DNA from: Octopus bimaculoides
Lineage: Eukaryota
NCBI RefSeq assembly: GCF_001194135.2
Contig: NC_068982.1
Span: forward strand, 55,681,964 to 55,745,963
DNA length: 64,000 nucleotides
Direction of reading: 5' to 3'
The notes beneath the pieces were generated by a model. That model ran no database searches, was not told the origin of the DNA, and saw nothing but the letters and a program-made list of their open reading frames with translations. The position numbers and the translations under genes were made by a program. This document shows positions 38,586 to 52,955 of the stretch, one piece after another (the first letter of the stretch is position 1; each line of letters starts with the position of its first letter).

Positions 38586-41500
38586 TTTCTGCAAAATCTG
38601 TTTTTCAAAGGTTAATGAATTTTCTAATTTGTCATGATTGGATTTACAAGAGAATTATTTACATTATACATTGAAATGAGGGGAATTTTTTTTTGTCTAA
38701 AGAAATGTTGCTCCTGCATGTATAATTATATATTATCAATGAATGTTGACAAGTTGTAAAAGCAACAAAACTTTTGGAAGAAAAAACATAATTAATAAAT
38801 GAGTGGAAATTGAATCGATGAGTTTGTTAGGTTATAAGGCATTAAGACAATATGACTCTCCCCAGACACAACAAAATTTGCTTCAACACATGAATTCACA
38901 TAAAGAATCATGCAAATCAGATACAAAAATGAAGTATAGTTATATCATTACTTCATTAGATTAAAGGCAGTGATCTGGTAGAATTGTTAGCATGCTGGAC
39001 AAAATGCTTAGTGGTAGTTTTTCTGGTATTATGTTCTGAGTTCAAATATTACTGAGGTAAATTTCGCCTTTCATTCTTTTGGGGTCAATAAAACAAGTAC
39101 CAGTTGTGCACTGGTGTTGATGTAATTGACTTACCCTCTCCCACTAAAATTGCTGGCCTAGTGCTAAAATTTGAAAGAATTATTTCATTAGGTTTGTAGC
39201 ATATATATTGGTGAATTGATTGCAAATTATTTAAACAAGTCCTTGTGATATTTTATTTAGCAAAATGTTTGATTTGCCTGGTATATGTTTTTATCATTGA
39301 GGATATGACATTTCAAGTTTGTATAATTCAACTTGAGATTTTACTATAAAACATCTGAATAATTGTAGTATAATGGAACTTTTCTCAGTTTGTATGTTGA
39401 AGCAGTTTTTTTTTTGTTTTTGTATTCAGATTTGAATGTTATCAACATCCTTATCTTATGTACATTTTTTATGTTGACATAGATATGTTTTGAAGTTATT
39501 ACCCTCTTAGGCAAATAAGGAACCCCTGTCTCACTTGTACATTTGATTTTTGGTATGATTACTTTGTTGGATGCTCTTATTGCCAACCATTCATCAAAGT
39601 GTGCTTAGAATATTTTATTGTGGCATCAGCATTAGAGAGGTTGTCTTGTTCATGGCAGGACTAATGAGTTTGCTCTATTCTTAGAAGTTCACATACGTGT
39701 AATGGATTCAGTGACCCACATGTTTACTATTTTATTTTTGGTTATGAACTTGTCACAATTTGAAACTCTATTTTCTGCTTCTTTTGATTATTTTAAAATT
39801 ATAGTCATGGTTTTCTATTTTATCCTTTAATATCTTTCCATTCAAATCCATTACATAATTTTTTTTCCATCTAAGATTGTAATAAGAACTTATTCTTAAT
39901 AATCACTAAATTGAAATTTTTGATTTAAACAAAACTGTGCTGGGGAAAGCTTACTGTTTTGGAGATTTATGTGCTGTAGTAATTTTTTTTATCATTTAAT
40001 TGATTGCTAGTCTAGTAGCAGAAATATGTTGATGGTATTACTTTTTTAAAATTTTCAGACACTATAACTAAAGTGACCTCTGCTCTCTTGTCACCTATAT
40101 TGTCCTCTCCCCAGGCCTTGTATCAAACACTTTGTCAAGTTCTTTCACCCCAGAATATGATCCCCTCTGAAATTCTTTATCTGCACAGTTTTCTCCCTGT
40201 GATTGTTGATTTATAATTATTTAAAAGATATATAAACTATTCTTTGACGATTTTTGAAGGCTGTTGGTACTGCTCCTTCCTCCAGACTAATCATCATTAA
40301 CATTTAGTATCCGTACGTTATGTTGGCATGGGTTGGATGGCTTGGCAAGATTCAATAGGTCAGAGGACTGTGTCAAGTTCTAATGTCTGTTTGGCATGAT
40401 TACTATGACTGGATGCTCTTCTTAACACCAACCAGTTTACAGAGTGTATTAGGTGCTTTTTCATGTCACCAGACCTAAAAGACAAAATCTCTTGATTGAG
40501 TTGAGAGGACCAGCAGGTGGCTTATGCCAGGTGTTAAGGGGAAAGAGTATAATACAAGGATCAGAACAGGTGTCTTGCCGTAGAGAAGATACATGACTAA
40601 CTAAAAAAAAAAAAAAAAAAAACTACCATGTCGTTATAAAAGTTTAAAAAAAGTAGCTTTTAAGAAATATGACTCTGCGAATAGTTTTATTATGGGAAAA
40701 AGAAATTATACCACATGCTCCCTTTCTTCTGCTGGTTGTTAATGAGTTAAACTTAATTAGTTTTAGCTGCAACTCTTGTAAAATTATTTGAAACTAAACC
40801 AATAAGCAAAACAAATTTCCTTTTTTGACTGTTTTTGTATTGTGTAAGTGATCCAAAACTTGGGCTTTTGAGATCTTGGCAGAATTTAAACTTAGACTAT
40901 TTCCAACCTTCAGTAGCAGTGTACTTTCTAGTGAAAGGATACCAATTGGTAAAATGGTTTACTTGTGGGGACCTGCTACCAGATAATTAGGATCCCAGCC
41001 AGAGTTTCAAGCTGAAGCATCTCCCTGCTAGTATATTCTGAACTTCTTTTCTTCCTTGGTTCATGATTAATAATTACTTCCAGAAAGCACAGATCATTCC
41101 TAACTCAATACAAACTCTAACTTCCCTGACAAGTCTCATATGTTTTGAAAATATTTAGTTCTGTCTATTTAACCTGGGTTCAAATCCTATCATTGTTAAC
41201 TTTAACCCTTTATTCCTCAAAGAGTGATCAAAGGAGTTCTAGTAATACTCTGGAGTTGATTCAATGAACCATACCACCAACCCATAAAAGTATTGAACAG
41301 TGTTTTAGGAAGAAATCATTATTCGAAATAAACTACCATATTTTCCAGCATACAAGTTGATGTAATGTATACTGTAAACATGTCATTATCTTCCCAAATC
41401 CTGCTGTTCACGTTATGACTGCATTACATGAAATTTTTGGTCCTCCAAAGTCATCTTGGTGGATAAGTTTTGGCAGTAAATTTTAGCCCCAAAAGTTTGA

Positions 41501-42497
41501 CTTGTATGCCAGAAAATACAGTAATAGATATTATACAGAAATAAGTTTGTGGACAATAAAATTACATCCTGCTTGAAGTTGTTTCACTGTATTTTCTGCT
41601 ATTGTGAGGAAAGACCTGGATACCATAACTTTCCATTTTCCTACTCCTAAAAATTTCAGACATTGTTAGAAACCATTATTATTTGGAAGAAATTGATTTA
41701 CAACAGCCCATTGAATCGGTTCTATATTTAACATTTTATTCAGTTTCTTAGATCCCAACTTTATCTTTATTTTATAAATAATATAAATTTCCATTACTGC
41801 GTTAAATATGAGCATTTTTTTCAGATAAAAATTTTGTTGAAGTACCTATGAATATGGTTGCTTTTACCATCCTCATGTGATATCTGCTAAAATTTATCTC
41901 TCTTCTCCTATTCTTGTATAAATTTCCAGTTATTTAAAACTTTTTAACGGTTTTCACAGCTGGACAGTCTCTTTATCAGCTCGGTGGAGACAAAGTAAAG
42001 GAAATTCACTTGGAATTCAGCCATTGTAACGTAGCTGTCTATAAAAAGTTCAACAGGAACTGTCATATACCTACTTTTTTTCATTATCACGTTTAACTCT
42101 CGTTGCATCACGTGGAAGAGATGTACCTTTCTTCTGCAGTGTGAACTATCTGAAAAAGAAACAGCCTTTCAATTGATATACAATACCTTTCCTAGCAGAA
42201 TGTCTATTTTTAATGGCATTTTTACTAAACAGTAATGTTAGTATATTTAAACTGTGCTAAGTTTAGCAGCAATAACAGTAAAGCTGTAGCAATGTTTTTT
42301 TAAACAACTATTCCATTCGCTCATACCTTGCCATCTTTTTTGAAGCCCAAAACTGTTCAGTGCATGTCCTACTTACTCTTTTTCTTTTCTTTCTTCTTTT
42401 TATTTTGATCCACCTTCTCTCTGGTGGTTGAAAGATAAATTGTACAGCAAATTTTTTTTTTCTCATTATTTTTCTCTTATTATTTATTATTATTATT

Positions 42498-43410
42498 AAG
42501 GCAGTGAGCTGGCAAAATCATTAGCACACTGAACGAAATGCTTTATAGCATTTCTTCTAGTTTTATGTTCTGAGTTCAAATACTGCCGAGATGGACTTTG
42601 CCTTTCATTCTCTTGGTGTCAATAAAATAAAGTACCAGGCAAGTTTGGTGGTTGATGTAATCGATTTGCTGCTCTCCCACCCAAATGTTTGACCTTGTGC
42701 CAAAATTAGAAAGAATCATTATTATCATTATTACTATTGTTAAGGTGGTGAGTTGGCAGAGTCGTTAGCACACTGGATGAAATGCTTAGTGGTATTTTGC
42801 CTGTTGCTACGTTCTGAGTTCAAATTCCACTGAGGTTGACTTTGCCTTTCATCCTTTTGGGGTCAATAAATTAAGTACCAGTGAAACACTGGGGTTGATG
42901 TAATTGACTATCCCCTTCACCCAGATTTCAGACTTTGTGCCTATAGTAGAAAGGATTATTACTATTGTTATTATTATTATTATTATTTAAGGCAGCAAGC
43001 TGGCAGAATTGTTAGCATGCTGGGCAGAATGCTTAACGGTATTTTGCCTGTCACTGTGTCCTGAGTTCAAGGTCGACTTTACCTTTCATCCTTTCGGGGT
43101 TGATAAAATAAGTACCAGTTGAACACTGTGGTTGTTGTTAATGACTCATTCCTCCCCCCAAAACTGCTGCCCTTGTGGCAAAATTTGAAACCGTTATTAT
43201 TTTTTGTTATTTAAGGCAGTGAGCTGGCAGAATTGTTAGCACACTAGGCAAAATGGTAGTGGCATTTCATCTGAGTTCAAATACTGCCAAGGTTGATTTG
43301 CTCTTCATCCTTTTGGGGTCAATAAAATCAGTACCAGTGAAACACTGGAGTCGAAGTAATTGACTAGTCTCCTCCCCTATATTTCAGGCCTTTAGCTTAC
43401 AGTAGAAAGG

Positions 43411-43420
<10 letters not shown>
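42498..43420 (+). repeat. Head-to-tail array of 4 family-C SINE copies followed by (ATT)n(GTT)n
   Basis: Heads at ~42498, 42741, 42989 and 43213, with two alternating tail types. Confidence 0.85.
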
Positions 43421-43458
<38 letters not shown>

Positions 43459-44128
43459 GTTGTTGTTGTTGTTGTTGTTGTTGTTTTTGTTGTTATTATT
43501 GTTGTATTTTTAACTCTTCAAAGCCTGATGTTAGCTTGTGGTTACATTGTCTTTTTATTTTAACTGGAGTTCTGGATTTTAACTGAAGCAAATTACATCT
43601 AAATTTAGTATCTTCCTCATTCACACATTATGGTTTAACATCATATAATGTTCCTAGAGAAATAAGAACAGACATAAACTTCCTGTTGAAAAAGAGTTCA
43701 TAACTCCAACTAAAAACATTTGTCTCCCCTTACACACACTTCCTGTTTTGACACCACACTTCCTGCTTAACACAAACTTTTAGCCCCTTATTTTAAACCT
43801 AACACAACTCTCAATTCTCATGCATCCTTATTTTTCCAAGCATTATGTACATGAATTACAATTGAACTTCAAAAGCTCAAAGACAATATAATGTATTGGT
43901 ATATTTATTTTTTTATATATTATTTTTTTATATATTATCTTCTTCATCTTGTACTTCTTTGTAAAAAACATTTTCATTCTCCCTCTTCTTGAAAATTTGC
44001 TTCGCAATGAAAGCCGGTTAGAAATCTTTATTAAAATATGCTTCCAGTTTAGCATTCTGCCTTATTATTATTTTTCATTTTCCTATTATTTCTCCACGTG
44101 CGGTTAACACAACCCCACTATTTACTGA

Positions 44129-44192
<64 letters not shown>

Positions 44193-47100
44193 GGCATGTG
44201 AACTAGTAGTTAGAATATTGCACTTACAATCTTGTAATCTTGGTTTCAGCTCCAAGATTGGTGGGTAGTGTGTTCTTGAGCTAAACACATTGTTTCATAT
44301 TTGCTCTGGTCCACTCAGCTGTAAATGGCTAACCCTGCAATGGATTGGCAACCTGTTTGAGGGAATGTTGGCCTGCCTCTCTAGCCATTGAGATGGCATC
44401 ATTTGAACGGTACAATACTACAATATAGCACATTGTGACCAGCAGTGTGTAATATCTAATAGTTTGGTTGATACAGGAATATATATATATATATGTGTGT
44501 CTGTGCTTGTGTGTGTGTGTGTATGTGTGTGTGTGTGTGTTTGTGTTTGTGTGCATGTGTGTGTGTATACATACGCATAATGTCAGGATGACATCTTCAG
44601 TTTGCTTCCTCTCTCATCTCTCCAACATATCTCTCATCTACTTATCTGTCACTTACCCCTCTTATCTTACATTCCTTTATCATTATCTTATCTATGCCAC
44701 TGTCATCCATGTCTCTAGTGTGTCTACCTTTATCACTTATCAATCATGCATCCAGTTCTCATTCTCTTATTGCCCAGCTCTTGATCACTCCTCTCTTCAC
44801 CCTCACTGTACTATACTTCTGGTGTGATTAAGGATAACAGTTGAGCCTCTTCAGCGCACCATACTATACATTATTTCTCATATTACTAAGTATACCATGG
44901 AATGTATCTGACTCAATGTGCTACTTCTCTCTCTCTTTCTTTCATCCTTATTATCCAGCACTCTCAACATCTTCAGGTATATTTTTATAGCACCTCATCA
45001 AGTCTGCGTGCACCTCATACATTCCACCTATTTTCTCCATTGGCCATTTGGTATTGGCATTTATTTATCTCTCACTTTCTGTCACTCTCTCTCACCTGTG
45101 TCTTCTCTTATGCCGATGCCACAATAAAAAGCACTCTGGAACATGATTATGTTAGGAAGGGCATCTAGTTATAGAAACCAAGTAAAAAAATGAAACTTAC
45201 AAGCAAAATTTAGTCTCCTAACCCATCTGGAAGAACAGAAATGACCCATCCAACCCATGTTAAAAGTGCAGAAAGTGGACATAAAATGGTGACAATGATG
45301 ATGATGATGGTGGTGATGAAGATGAATTTGAAAAATTTAGTAAAATAACTATTTCATTAATTGGTGTATCAAGCTTGTGTTTGGGCCCTGGCTTAACAAA
45401 AGTTAAACACCAGAAAATTACAATGGAAATTTTTTGCGTGGCATTAGGAAGGGCATCCAGCTGTAGAAACTCTGCCAAATCAGATTGGAGCCTGGTGTTG
45501 CCACCTGGTTTCACCAGTCCTCAGTCAAATCGTCCAACCCATGGTAGCATGGAAAGCGGACGTTAAACGATGATGATGATATATATATATATATGAACAT
45601 TTTAAAATAAGCAGTTTCTTTTTCAAATTTTAGAGGTTAAAATTGAAAGGGTTAATCAAATTCCATCAAGAGCAACTTTGTCTTTCATCCTTTTAGGGTT
45701 GATGAAATAAGTACCAGTTAAAAACTAGGTCAATCTAATTGGCCTATCCCTCCCCCAAAATTGCTGGCCTTGTGTTAAAACTTAAAAGTGATATTAAAAG
45801 GATTAATTAGTGTTAGCTGTGTAAGTCTTTGTAACTAAATACTATACTTAGAATCAATTATTTTTTATTGTTGTAAAACTTTGTGTCAAACTTGTCTTTA
45901 TTGCCATCACCTTTATAAATTCCAATTCTCTTTCCGGGTATTCGAACATTACAGGAAAGTGACATTGCTATTAAGAACAACAATATTTATAACAGTGGCT
46001 GCAAATTATGGTGCATTGAAAATATAACCTTCTTCAAACTAGTTATACTAATAAACCTACTTTTAGTATTTTCACTTCCTGGTTTACGCATTCTTGTCTC
46101 CATTACTGTTTATAAATCTTTCACTAAATTTCATCGTCTTGTATTTCGTTTATTTCACTTTCATTCATGAAATTTCTCATGCCTTTTAATTTCATACTGT
46201 AAATTAGAAAAAAAAAAATCTTGGGTGACTGCATTGGAATTTGGGTTCATTTAAACATTCAATCGTCATCAATTAAGCACAGTTTTAACTATCAATAATG
46301 ACATTTTATTGTATTTGTTTTCCGAACACAAAATAAATAAAAGGATTCAGAATTTGTGGTTACTTCAACAATTCAGCAGTCATAACATGAACAGTGTTGA
46401 TGAATTCTTATAAAAATGAAATAATAAAACTAAGGAAACCAGGAAATACAAATTTAAAAACTAAAAGTTTATGGAATTTATTTACATAGGCTTACTTCAA
46501 ATTACGTTGATTATTGGTTTCATAATATGTAACAACTTGAAAAATGGCACAACATGAAAAAATCATTTAAAAAAATCTGTTAGCTTATATCTGTTTTATA
46601 TCTGTTTGTATGTTTTCACATGTATTTGTTTTGGTTTCTCCATTTCAGTGTTGGTTTTTAAGTGTTTTTTATTATTTTTTTGTGCTTTTAAACATGTTTG
46701 CTGAGACCAATATAAAGTTGAATAAATCAACTGAAGTTGAGGTTTATTTCTTAAGAAAAAAAAAATGATGTAAAGTTGAAAAAGATGTAACCTGAAATGA
46801 GCTAAGTTGAGATATGCCTCCATTCTTAAATGTATTCTTACTTGATTAAAAAATTAAGCTTTGTGGTATTTAGTACTTGGTGTACAGCTTAATGTAGTCC
46901 AACATTTTTTTAAAGCGAAAAATATATAGGTCTCTGTGAAGAGGAAGAAAACTATAGCTAATAAGCCCCCCACAGACCTTGAGAAATCTGAGTAGGTTCA
47001 TTTACAGTAGAACTGATAAGTTTGTGGGTAATATACTGAAGTGACATGTCAATGATAATCTTATAACTGAAATGTAGAAGAGTAACATGTGTGAGTTTTT

Positions 47101-49852
47101 AGCAACATAAGAGAAACCACAAGTTGATTACCTGATTACTTTCAACCAAAATAGCTACTGGGTCTTCAGTTAGTAGACATAACAAGCTTACATTTATTGT
47201 AAATTGTTAAATTATCTTCATCTGAGCCCCTGCTTATAAATAGCTCCTACTATGTTTTTAAAACATTTAAGAGCAAATGTCTATCTTGTGAATAGCAGTT
47301 TAATCCTTTGCATTTAAACCAGCCACATCAAGCCCAAATATTTTACCTATTTTATGTTCAAATTGACCAGATCCAGCCTTTCACATTTGTCCTACAATTT
47401 CATTCTAAAAATAAACAGTCACATCATCATCAAAATCTTGAAGCTTCAATATATTGCTTAGTCAATTCAAAACAGTTTGAATAAATAAGCATTACATTTG
47501 ACAGAGTGATTTGAATGCTAAAGGGTTGAAAATGTATTTAGCAAGGTCATCTTTAAAATTGTTAATTTCAAAATGAAAAACATTTCAAATGATCATATTG
47601 TCTTCTAATTGCACCTTAATTAGTTGTTTTAATCAATTTCTGGTTTTCTGACAGCATTCATCAAATAACACTTCTACCTTTTCTCTGAAAATGATATTAC
47701 ATTCTGATAACCCTGTGTTGATTCCTAATTGATTCAAATAATACTTACTTGGTTGTCTTTGCAAGGTATTTAGATTTTGTGTGTGTGTGTGTGTGTGTAT
47801 ATGTAAACAGAAATAGAGTAACTCATATTTGGAAACAGTGACATCATATACATTAATTAAAAAGTTTTAAACACTTTCTTTCGATGTTAGATAGTTTGGC
47901 AAAGCTGAATAGTTTCATTAATTACAGATTTTTCAACTGTGAGGTAGGAGTGGTACTATTTTGTTTCATAAACTAAAGCAAAGTAGGATAAGTGAACTTA
48001 GCATTGCTCAAAATAGTTTTTGCTATTTTGTTAGGACTAATGACCTACAGGTGAAATATCCATGTCTTCAGCAATAAATGTATTGCTTGCAGTTGTTACA
48101 TCTCTGAGAGAAAGAAGGGAAGTGAGAACAAATGAGAAGGAAAAAGGGAGGGAGAGAGAGAGAAAGGTGTAAAAAAAAACGTTAAGAAATCAAGAAGTAA
48201 GTTCATGTAGGTACTGCACCTGAAATATTTTTGGTGAAAGTGGGATAGCAATTACATTAGTATCCTAAATAATTCCATATAAAACAATCATGTCCCTCCA
48301 AAAAACAAAAAAAAAAATTGTTAAATTTTCTTCATAAATAAAATGTTAGAATTGTTGCTGTTGTTGTTGTTATTGATGTGGATACTGTTTTGTATTTTGT
48401 GCTAATGTAATTTGTTTACTTTCCTCTACAGAGCAGAATGGCTCTTTGGGTTTAATTTCTGGGTCTGTACTGTTTGGTCAGAACCAAGAAATCAGTTAGC
48501 TCTTATTTTACTGCCATAGAGCTCCACTGCCATTTGTTTGAGTTTGAACTTATCATCATCATCATTGTGCCTATATAACTGGATCCAGATGATGCTATCA
48601 GATCTCCAGAGTACCTATTGTGGGTAGGTGAGCTTCATTAAGGCTTGACACTTCATAAATGTATCACTGAAAATGATTCCTTACCCTGTCTATTTCCTTT
48701 AATTTTTCCCATTCTTTATTGAAGAGGGCCTATAGTTTTTTTTTTTTAGATTAATTATTCAGAATAACTGAGATTAATATGGGTAATATTTGTCTTGAGT
48801 TTTTAATGATTAAAAAATAGAAAAAAAAAAGTGTGAGTGAAGGGAATTCTAAATGGAGACAGATTTAGAGAAGGATTGAGCATTTTGTATAGGATCTGGG
48901 AGATGAGGTATAGAAGAGGTGCATCTTGTCACCCTTAGGGATGATTGATGATTTGTACAGTGACTTTGTTTAATATGAAGAAGAGTTGTGCACCATCAAC
49001 CTGACTCTCTTGTCCGTGTCTATCTTCAATCCAGTGGCAAAACCAAGGCAAGACAACTGGGGATAGAGATAGATGCAGTAGATGACCAAGATGTCTTAGT
49101 TGTCTTGTCATGCTCTTTGCAATCTACAATGCACTACTGCAACTACCTTCCCCTCTGTTGAGCTATGAAGGTTTCTTCCACAGCCTGTGCAATCTTGTCT
49201 TCACATGCATTGATAGGCAACCCCTAATATGCCAATTAACCCAAAGCTGGCACCTGGGTCAGAGTAGACCTGGGAATAGTAATAGCTAAGAGGTGGTTCC
49301 ACACTCTTCGAAACCCAGTAACTCCTAAACCAGAGCCCCACTACCAGATACAGTTTAAAGTCATATCCACGACATAATATAATAAAATAAAACACCATCA
49401 AATTAAACATAACTTTTACAGTTATTAAGAAGAGAAATTTTTAAAATGATTAGAATAATTAGCTGAAATTTTGATATAAAATACCTGATATCGTTAAAAA
49501 TTCTAAGCATTTGTAAACTTCTTAATTTCTTATATATTCTCTTAGTGTGAATCACCAGTGAAAATATAGTTTGCTGGTTTTCTACTGTAATTGTTAGTAA
49601 TAATTTTAAAAGAACCACATTTTTAACCTTTTGGAAGTGAACTCTAGTGCATTAGGAGCTTAAAAGAAATTCTTTCCATAAGAGGTGTATGATAGACTTA
49701 AACATTTTTATTACACATACTGTATTATTATTTTTAGTAAAAGTATGAACATTACAGCATGTAATTCATTTTACATATAGATTTAATACCTAGTGACTCT
49801 GGAAAAAGTCATTATTATACTACTGCTGGTACCACTAAAACTACCAACACTG

Positions 49853-49909
<57 letters not shown>

Positions 49910-51849
49910 GGCAATAAGTTGTAGTTATCTGTGTCCTGGTTTTGATTCTCATTTGAAACTGATTTGCTTTGTTTATGCTGATGTAAAATTTGTTTCTAAC
50001 ATTGGCACAAGGCCTGAAATTTGTGGAAGGGTTATTATGGTTACATCAACCTCAGTACTTGATGGGTAGTTCATTTTATCAACCCTGGATAGATGAACAG
50101 CAAAGATGACCTTGGTGGAATTTGAACTCAGAATGCAATGAGTCAGAAGAAATACCACTAAGCCCTAACAATTTTGCCAACTCACTGCTTCATACTGTTG
50201 GCACAAGGCCAGCAGTTACAAGGTAGGGATTAAGTCAATTACATCAACCCCAGTGTTCAACTGGTACTTATTTTATTCCCAAAAGGATGAAAGACAAAAT
50301 CGACCTCAGTAGAATTTGAACTCCAAATGTGAAAATGAATGAAATGCTGCTAAGCATTTTGCCTGGTATGGTAATGATTCTGCAAGCTTACCATCTTTCA
50401 CTGTTCTGAAATTATTAATTACTATTTTTATTATTAGTGAATGATGTTCAAAGGACTGAATTACTGGAGTTGGAGTCACTTTATCTAAATATATTTTTCT
50501 GGGAATATAAATTTAATATTCCTTCTTTGAATTTTATCTTTCTTATAAACCTAAAGTTTCATATGTTTATATTGATTTCTTATGACTTAAATGTATTTAT
50601 ATATTAAATACAGACTCATTTAGTTGGTAGACTTTTTAACTCAGCACTCTTGAATTGTTTTACAGCATCTTTGATTGATTTTGTCCTACTCTCCTTGGAC
50701 AAGGCAAGGTCTTTATACCTACAAATTACTAGAGACTGTTTTATACTTTCATACACTGCCTTTCAGTTAGAATAGAGCCAATTTTGCTGTTTATAACAGC
50801 TATTCAGATAACTTACTGGTAAGTTAGAGGCAATGTTACTGTATTTTGTCAGAAGAATGTGGGGAGTTGTTTAGATATATAGAGTAATTAGTACAGAAAA
50901 ATGTAAAATGTGAGGAAACTAATGATAGCTGTCTTCAGGTAAAGTAAATAAATAAATAAATAAATAAATAAATGGTAATAGAATATGCAAAAAATCAGTA
51001 TTTATCACTCTTCTTAGCACAAACTTCTTTTATGAATTTTATTATTCTGGAAATCAGTTGTTTTTTTTTTTTTAGAAATGCCTCATGCCACTTACAAAAT
51101 ATTACATAATTCTTTACCTTTTTCCTCATAGATCTTATACTTTTTAAGTAATCCTAATCAACATTATAATTATTGTTGCTGATGTCTATTTAAGAAATTG
51201 TCATCTATGGTTTAAACCTACATTTAAGACCCCCTATTTCATCCTGAAAAAAATGATGTCTTGTTTTTGGAATGGGGACTCTTGAAGCACATAAAGCTAT
51301 AAATAATAACATGTAAAATAATATTAGATTAAAAAAAACCCTTTGGATAGAAAAATTCAAAGGCTTCTTAAAAGTTTTTTTTTTTAGCCTGATATTTACA
51401 CGCTATTATTTATAGCTTAATGTACTTCAAGATTCACTGTTTCAAAAAAGAGCTATTTCACATTATCAAGTTTCTAAACTCTTATGATGTATTTTGTTTC
51501 ATTATAAAAAAACATAGAGAAAAAACAAACAAACAACATTAATGATTAAAATATGAAGTGTCCTGCTCTAATGTTGGTTTTCTTTGCCAAACCCTTTGCT
51601 GTGGCCCTTTAACTCTCCTCTTTATAGACATACTATTGATTCCACCAGCCACCACCTCCACCACCAAACCCACCACCATCACCATAGTGTTTTCTTGTGA
51701 ACTTTTTCTTTTTCTGTTAGTATGTCAGCATTGAGATAGTGTCTGCATGTACTATTTTCTGTGCATGGAATTTTATTCTGATTATAGTTCCATTGTACAC
51801 AATATTTATGTCTGGTACCATTGTCATCACCATTATGATTGCTTTATTG

Positions 51850-51883
<34 letters not shown>

Positions 51884-52901
51884 CCATTGAGGCATCAGTT
51901 CTTTTGAAATGCTCTTGTTATGGTAGAATTTATACCTTTAGAATGTGTTGCTTAGCAGTTTTGCATGACAGAGTTGAGTATTTTTGAAATTTAGATCTAT
52001 TCATTGAAATCTTGTAAAAATTCTTTTAATAGCAGTCGCTCTTTTCATTTGAGCTATGCAATACAATTATTTTGTGAGCATTCATTTCATTGACAAGTAG
52101 TTTAGCAAAATTGACTTGGGTTTTGGCTGTAGTCATTCGATTTATTTGCATTCAGAATTCTGTTGTTATTTGTTGCATAAACTGTACCACTGGGTGACTT
52201 CAGTATTATATTTTGCTCATATCTTTTACTTGTTTCAGTCAATGGACTGCTGCCATATTGGGCCACCACTTTGAAAGGTTTAGTTGAATAAATCAACCCC
52301 AGCACTTATTTTTTTGAGTTTGGTATCTATTCTTCTGGTCTCTTTTGCCAAACTGCTGAATTATGAAGTTGTAAACAAACCAACACAAACACAAAGACAC
52401 ACGCACACACATGCATACGTGCACAAACACACACATGCAATGGGCTTCTTTCAGTTTCTGCCTACCAAATCCACTCGCAAGGCCTTCGTTGGCTTAAGGC
52501 CATTGGAGAAAACACTTGTCCAGAACGGCATATAAAAAACATCATTTAAGTGTGGTTGATGCCAGTACCATGTGACTGGCTTGTGCCAGTGCCGTCTCAC
52601 TGGCTTCTGTGCCGTGGCATGTAAAAAACACCATTTGAGCGTGGTTGATGTCAGTGCTGCCTGACTGGCCCCCATGCCAGTGGCATGTAAAAAGCATGCA
52701 CTACACTCTTGGACTGGTTGGCATAAAGAAGGGCATCCAGCTGTAGAAGCGTTGCCAGATCAGACTGGAGCCTGGTGCAGCCTCCTGGCTTGCCAGTCCT
52801 CAGTCAAACCCATGCCAGCATGGAAAGTGGATGTTAAACGATGATGGTGATGATGATGATGATGATAGTTGGGAAGCAAATTTCTTACCACACAACTACA
52901 C

Positions 52902-52955
<54 letters not shown>

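Noticed and set aside
40849-40948. DP...LDYFQP reading as ARL6IP1 exon 3
   Set aside because: The DP-to-DY spacing is wrong (13 versus 16), the segment is not hydrophobic, and it ends in phase 0 rather than phase 2.
38437-43420. CRISPR-like interpretation of the tandem and SINE arrays
   Set aside because: This is eukaryotic DNA with no repeat-unique spacer architecture and no cas genes; the units are a minisatellite and ~220-bp SINEs.
46067-46170. Plus-strand VFSLPGLR as the last ARL6IP1 exon
   Set aside because: The similarity is limited to LPGL, the remainder lacks the basic C-terminus, and exons 3-5 are not found upstream.
48432-48494. Exon candidate after the strong acceptor ttactttcctctacag
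   Set aside because: The donor is weak (gttagc), and neither open frame (EQNGSLGLISGS... or AEWLFGFNFW...) matches anything I recognise.
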